Shown in pieces: positions 31,754-34,511 of a DNA stretch of 34,511 bases (its first letter is position 1; each line of letters starts with the position of its first letter). The DNA is taken from the NCBI GenBank assembly GCA_964373475.1, contig CAYJUX010000001.1, positions 1-34,511 of the forward strand, in the 5' to 3' direction. Below the pieces are notes generated by a model. It was not told the DNA's origin, searched no databases, and saw only the letters and a program-made list of their open reading frames with translations. The stretch is from an uncultured Candidatus Saccharibacteria bacterium. Lineage in GTDB: Bacteria; Patescibacteriota; Minisyncoccia; Sungbacterales; SURF-37. The translations under genes and the position numbers were made by a program.

Positions 31754-34511
31754 ATGATAGTAAAAGACAATCGAATTTACCTATCGCTAAAGGAGATCGC
31801 TCCGTCGAGTCCCTACTCTGCGGACTACCTCCGTATACGGATCCTCCAAAGGAAACTCCAGGGTATTAAGGTTGGCCGCGAGTGGTATATCACCAAGGAG
31901 TGGCTGAATGAGTATCTCTCTCGATACGGCATGAAGCGAATGGAGCCGGTACTGCCGGTAACGGGGTCGGAGCCAGGGGGAGCGATACCCGAGGCGGCAC
32001 CGGCGGCAATTCCCGCGCAAGAGCCAGTTCCAGTTTTTTTTGAGGCGGCAACGGAACCCATCGTTTCGCTGGCGCCCGCGCTTGCGGCAATTGAGCAGCC
32101 GGAAGGAACTTTTGACCCCGCAGTAACGGTGCCCTCCGCCGAGTTGCCGCTGTCCCGGCCCGAGGAGGAGATCATTCCGGCTGCGGCAGTAGCGCGATTG
32201 CCCGAGCCGATCCGCGTTTCCAAGGAGGAAATTTTTCGGCGGCATGACTTTCGCGAGTTTTCAAAAGGTCTCCGCCTGCCTATTTCTGGAAAAATTTTAG
32301 CGGCGCCGCTGCTGGCCGCTCTCCTCTTTTTTTTCATCTCGCCGACTGGAGCGTCATTTTTTCCGTGGCGGGGCGCGCTCGCGTCCCGCGCCGTTTCTCT
32401 TCTTGATGGCACCGGCGCATTTCTCTTAGAGGCCCAACTGCCTCGCCTGAGCGCGCTTCGCGTCCCCGAGCGATGGGTGCGCTGGCCCGACGTGGTTACT
32501 GAGGAGCTTGTCCAGGTCAATTTTGGACCTGTTACTTCCTCGTGGAATGGTTTTCGCCACGGGATAACCGCCTCAGTCAGCTTTTTTGGTGGGTATATTG
32601 CATTCCCTCCTGACGCGATCGGAGGCGCAGTTTTAGAGATGGACATCCCAGAGTTGGCCAGGGCCGGCGATCGCCTGGGGGCGATCTTTTCGCCTCTGGC
32701 TGGGTTCGCGGCTGCATCGCGAGAATATAACGCATCTGCTTTTTCTTGGGACCCCGCGTGGTATGAGGATATTCCTGAATTTCCCGGCAAGCTCCGCGAT
32801 GCCGGCGCCTATGCGTTCCGTCATATCGGTGATGCGCTGGTGGAGTTTGACCCTCCCTCGCGAAAAGATATCGCGGCCGGAGCAAAAAGAGCTGCCAATG
32901 CTTCGGACAATGCTATTGCCGGCCTTGCTCATATAGGGAATATTGCCTGGGATCTCTCCGGTGGATTAAAAGAGTATGCGGCGCATTCGCTTTCCTCCAT
33001 CCAAAGCGCCGATGTCCTCGGGGCACTGCGGCGTTTTATTGCTGATCTGCCCCGTCCGAAACTGCCTGAGCGGATGGCCAGATTTTTCAACCTTTCTTCG
33101 CCGCCGCTGACGGCGCCGCAAGCCAACGCGCCGGTGCGTCGGGCGTTGGATAAGAATCAAGAAGCAGGGATCATGAAGCAGGAAGCAAGAAGCACGAAGC
33201 AAGAAGGGGGCGCAGTTGCGGCCGCTCCGGCAGTGACGCCAGTCCGTGAAATCGTGGAAACGCGGGAGGTAGTCCGGCCGGCCGATGCTTCGCTCTTCCA
33301 GGCAAAACTGGATGAATTGAACGCCGGCCTCTCCGGACGGGCAAATAAACTTATTTCCGAATTGGCCGGTCTTTACGAGGGGAAAGAGATCAAGGCGTCG
33401 GTCATCCGGATATTCTCTCCCTCCCAGTCCATCAATGAGCTCCAGGAAGAGTTGGCCAGGGCCGGCGATCGCCTGGGGGCGATCTTTTCGCCTCTGGCTG
33501 GGTTCGCGGCTGCATCGCGAGAATATAACGCATCTGCTTTTTCTTGGGACCCCGCGTGGTATGAGGATATTCCTGAATTTCCCGGCAAGCTCCGCGATGC
33601 CGGCGCCTATGCGTTCCGTCATATCGGTGATGCGCTGGTGGAGTTTGACCCTCCCTCGCGAAAAGATATCGCGGCCGGAGCAAAAAGAGCTGCCAATGCT
33701 TCGGACAATGCTATTGCCGGCCTTGCTCATATAGGGAATATTGCCTGGGATCTCTCCGGTGGATTAAAAGAGTATGCGGCGCATTCGCTTTCCTCCATCC
33801 AAAGCGCCGATGTCCTCGGGGCACTGCGGCGTTTTATTGCTGATCTGCCCCGTCCGAAACTGCCTGAGCGGATGGCCAGATTTTTCAACCTTTCTTCGCC
33901 GCCGCTGACGGCGCCGCAAGCCAACGCGCCGGTGCGCCTGGCCCTTACGCCGAAAGATGAGAAGCAGGAAGCGGGCGCAGCTCCGGCGGCGCCAGTTCGC
34001 GAGATCGTGGAAACGCGCGAAGTAGTCCGGCCGGCTGATGTCTCCTCGTTCCAGTCCCAACTGGACCAGCTGAACGCCGGGCTGCGCACCCAGGTCGCAA
34101 AGCTCATCACCGATGTGGCCACCCTGTACACGGTCACGGATAGGAAGGTCACCACCATCACTTCCTTTGCCCCGTCCCAGAGCATTGACGAACTGCAAAA
34201 CTTGAAAGTGGACAGCGGCCTTACGGTCCGCTCCGGGAATTTTTTTATTTCCGCGGGCGACCTTACGGTTACCGGGAGTGGACGCGTTACCGGCACGCTC
34301 GCCATTGACGGCACTTTTTCCGCCGCATCCCTTTCCACCGGTGGCCTCGTTACCTCGACTGGTTCCGGCACCAGTACCTTCTCCGGCGGCGGCTCCTTCG
34401 CCGGCCTGGCCTCATCAAATGGCCTGCGCGTCTCGGCCGGAGATACCGTGCTCGCCGGCGGCCTCGCGGTTACCGGCTCCTCCAACTTCACCGGCAGTGT
34501 CGGCATCGGGA
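31754..34511 (+). CDS. Large HTH-TM-repeat protein, 3'-truncated by the window end (>919 aa)
   Basis: Open frame from the ATG at 31754 to the window end (absent from the ORF track, probably because there is no stop). N-terminus IYLSLKEIAPSSPYSADYLRIRILQRKLQGIKVGREWYITKEWLNEYL (excisionase/MerR-like HTH); TM helix ILAAPLLAALLFFFISP; two ~266-aa repeats; G/S/T-rich beta-helix-like tail. Confidence 0.75.
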   Translation, partial: MIVKDNRIYLSLKEIAPSSPYSADYLRIRILQRKLQGIKVGREWYITKEWLNEYLSRYGMKRMEPVLPVTGSEPGGAIPEAAPAAIPAQEPVPVFFEAATEPIVSLAPALAAIEQPEGTFDPAVTVPSAELPLSRPEEEIIPAAAVARLPEPIRVSKEEIFRRHDFREFSKGLRLPISGKILAAPLLAALLFFFISPTGASFFPWRGALASRAVSLLDGTGAFLLEAQLPRLSALRVPERWVRWPDVVTEELVQVNFGPVTSSWNGFRHGITASVSFFGGYIAFPPDAIGGAVLEMDIPELARAGDRLGAIFSPLAGFAAASREYNASAFSWDPAWYEDIPEFPGKLRDAGAYAFRHIGDALVEFDPPSRKDIAAGAKRAANASDNAIAGLAHIGNIAWDLSGGLKEYAAHSLSSIQSADVLGALRRFIADLPRPKLPERMARFFNLSSPPLTAPQANAPVRRALDKNQEAGIMKQEARSTKQEGGAVAAAPAVTPVREIVETREVVRPADASLFQAKLDELNAGLSGRANKLISELAGLYEGKEIKASVIRIFSPSQSINELQEELARAGDRLGAIFSPLAGFAAASREYNASAFSWDPAWYEDIPEFPGKLRDAGAYAFRHIGDALVEFDPPSRKDIAAGAKRAANASDNAIAGLAHIGNIAWDLSGGLKEYAAHSLSSIQSADVLGALRRFIADLPRPKLPERMARFFNLSSPPLTAPQANAPVRLALTPKDEKQEAGAAPAAPVREIVETREVVRPADVSSFQSQLDQLNAGLRTQVAKLITDVATLYTVTDRKVTTITSFAPSQSIDELQNLKVDSGLTVRSGNFFISAGDLTVTGSGRVTGTLAIDGTFSAASLSTGGLVTSTGSGTSTFSGGGSFAGLASSNGLRVSAGDTVLAGGLAVTGSSNFTGSVGIG
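32650..33138 (+). repeat. Direct repeat copy 1 (489 bp, identical by eye to copy 2)
   Basis: agagttggccagggccggcgatcgcc...gccaacgcgccggtgcg recurs exactly 798 bp downstream. Confidence 0.9.
33448..33936 (+). repeat. Direct repeat copy 2 (489 bp)
   Basis: Same sequence as 32650-33138. The offset of 798 bp equals 266 codons, so the repeat is in frame. Confidence 0.9.

Noticed and set aside
32650-33936. Diversity-generating retroelement (template/variable repeat pair)
   Set aside because: The two 489-bp copies look identical rather than differing at adenines. They are in-frame tandem units of one gene. No reverse transcriptase gene is present in the window.
31825-34506. Minus-strand ORFs 31825-32790, 32966-33730 and 33727-34506 offered by the ORF track in the last 2.7 kb
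   Set aside because: The + strand frame starting at 31754 is open for 919 codons to the window end. It has a coherent architecture (HTH, TM helix, repeats). The minus-strand ORFs are Pro/Arg/Ser-rich shadows, and they are duplicated only because the underlying DNA repeat is.

Overview
About 60% of this window is a conserved ribosomal-protein superoperon on the + strand: rpsL-rpsG-fusA-(small gene)-tuf-rpsJ-rplCDWB-rpsS-rplV-rpsC-rplP-rpmC-rpsQ-rplNXE-rpsN-rpsH-rplFR-rpsE-rplO-secY-adk-(NUDIX)-map. Housekeeping genes follow: ruvX, a GT2 glycosyltransferase, galT, tpiA, an NDH-2-like oxidoreductase, pgk and rnhA. The last part is an accessory-looking tail: a PaaX/Cas2-fold-like protein, RNase P RNA, a membrane-anchored cupredoxin, tRNA-Gly with tRNA relics, gatB, a small MerR-type HTH protein, and a >919-aa HTH-TM-repeat protein that runs off the window end. 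No L30 gene lies between rpsE and rplO. That absence, together with the gene content, suggests a Candidate Phyla Radiation (Patescibacteria/Parcubacteria-like) bacterium; this is inference. The unusual part is the non-coding DNA. Almost every spacer, even inside the r-protein operon, is filled by a long imperfect hairpin built from low-complexity words, and several of these belong to recurring repeat families. Family A has three ~152-nt copies with compensatory changes. Family B has two ~102-nt copies. Families D, E and H have two copies each. Many of the elements are centred on the GCGAAGC mini-hairpin motif. The two family B copies sit inside the RNase P RNA gene at the P3 and P9 positions and inflate it to ~680 nt. 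One repeat family supplies the last codons and the stop codon of two unrelated genes (rpsC and ruvX). Other oddities are: an antisense gene with its own SD and terminator inside the S10 operon, a duplicated tpiA 5' end, a tRNA-Gly bracketed by a perfect 14-bp inverted repeat next to tandem tRNA 3'-half relics, and a 798-bp in-frame tandem duplication with a 489-bp perfectly identical core in the large surface-type protein. All calls come from reading the sequence and the ORF track by eye; no searches were run.
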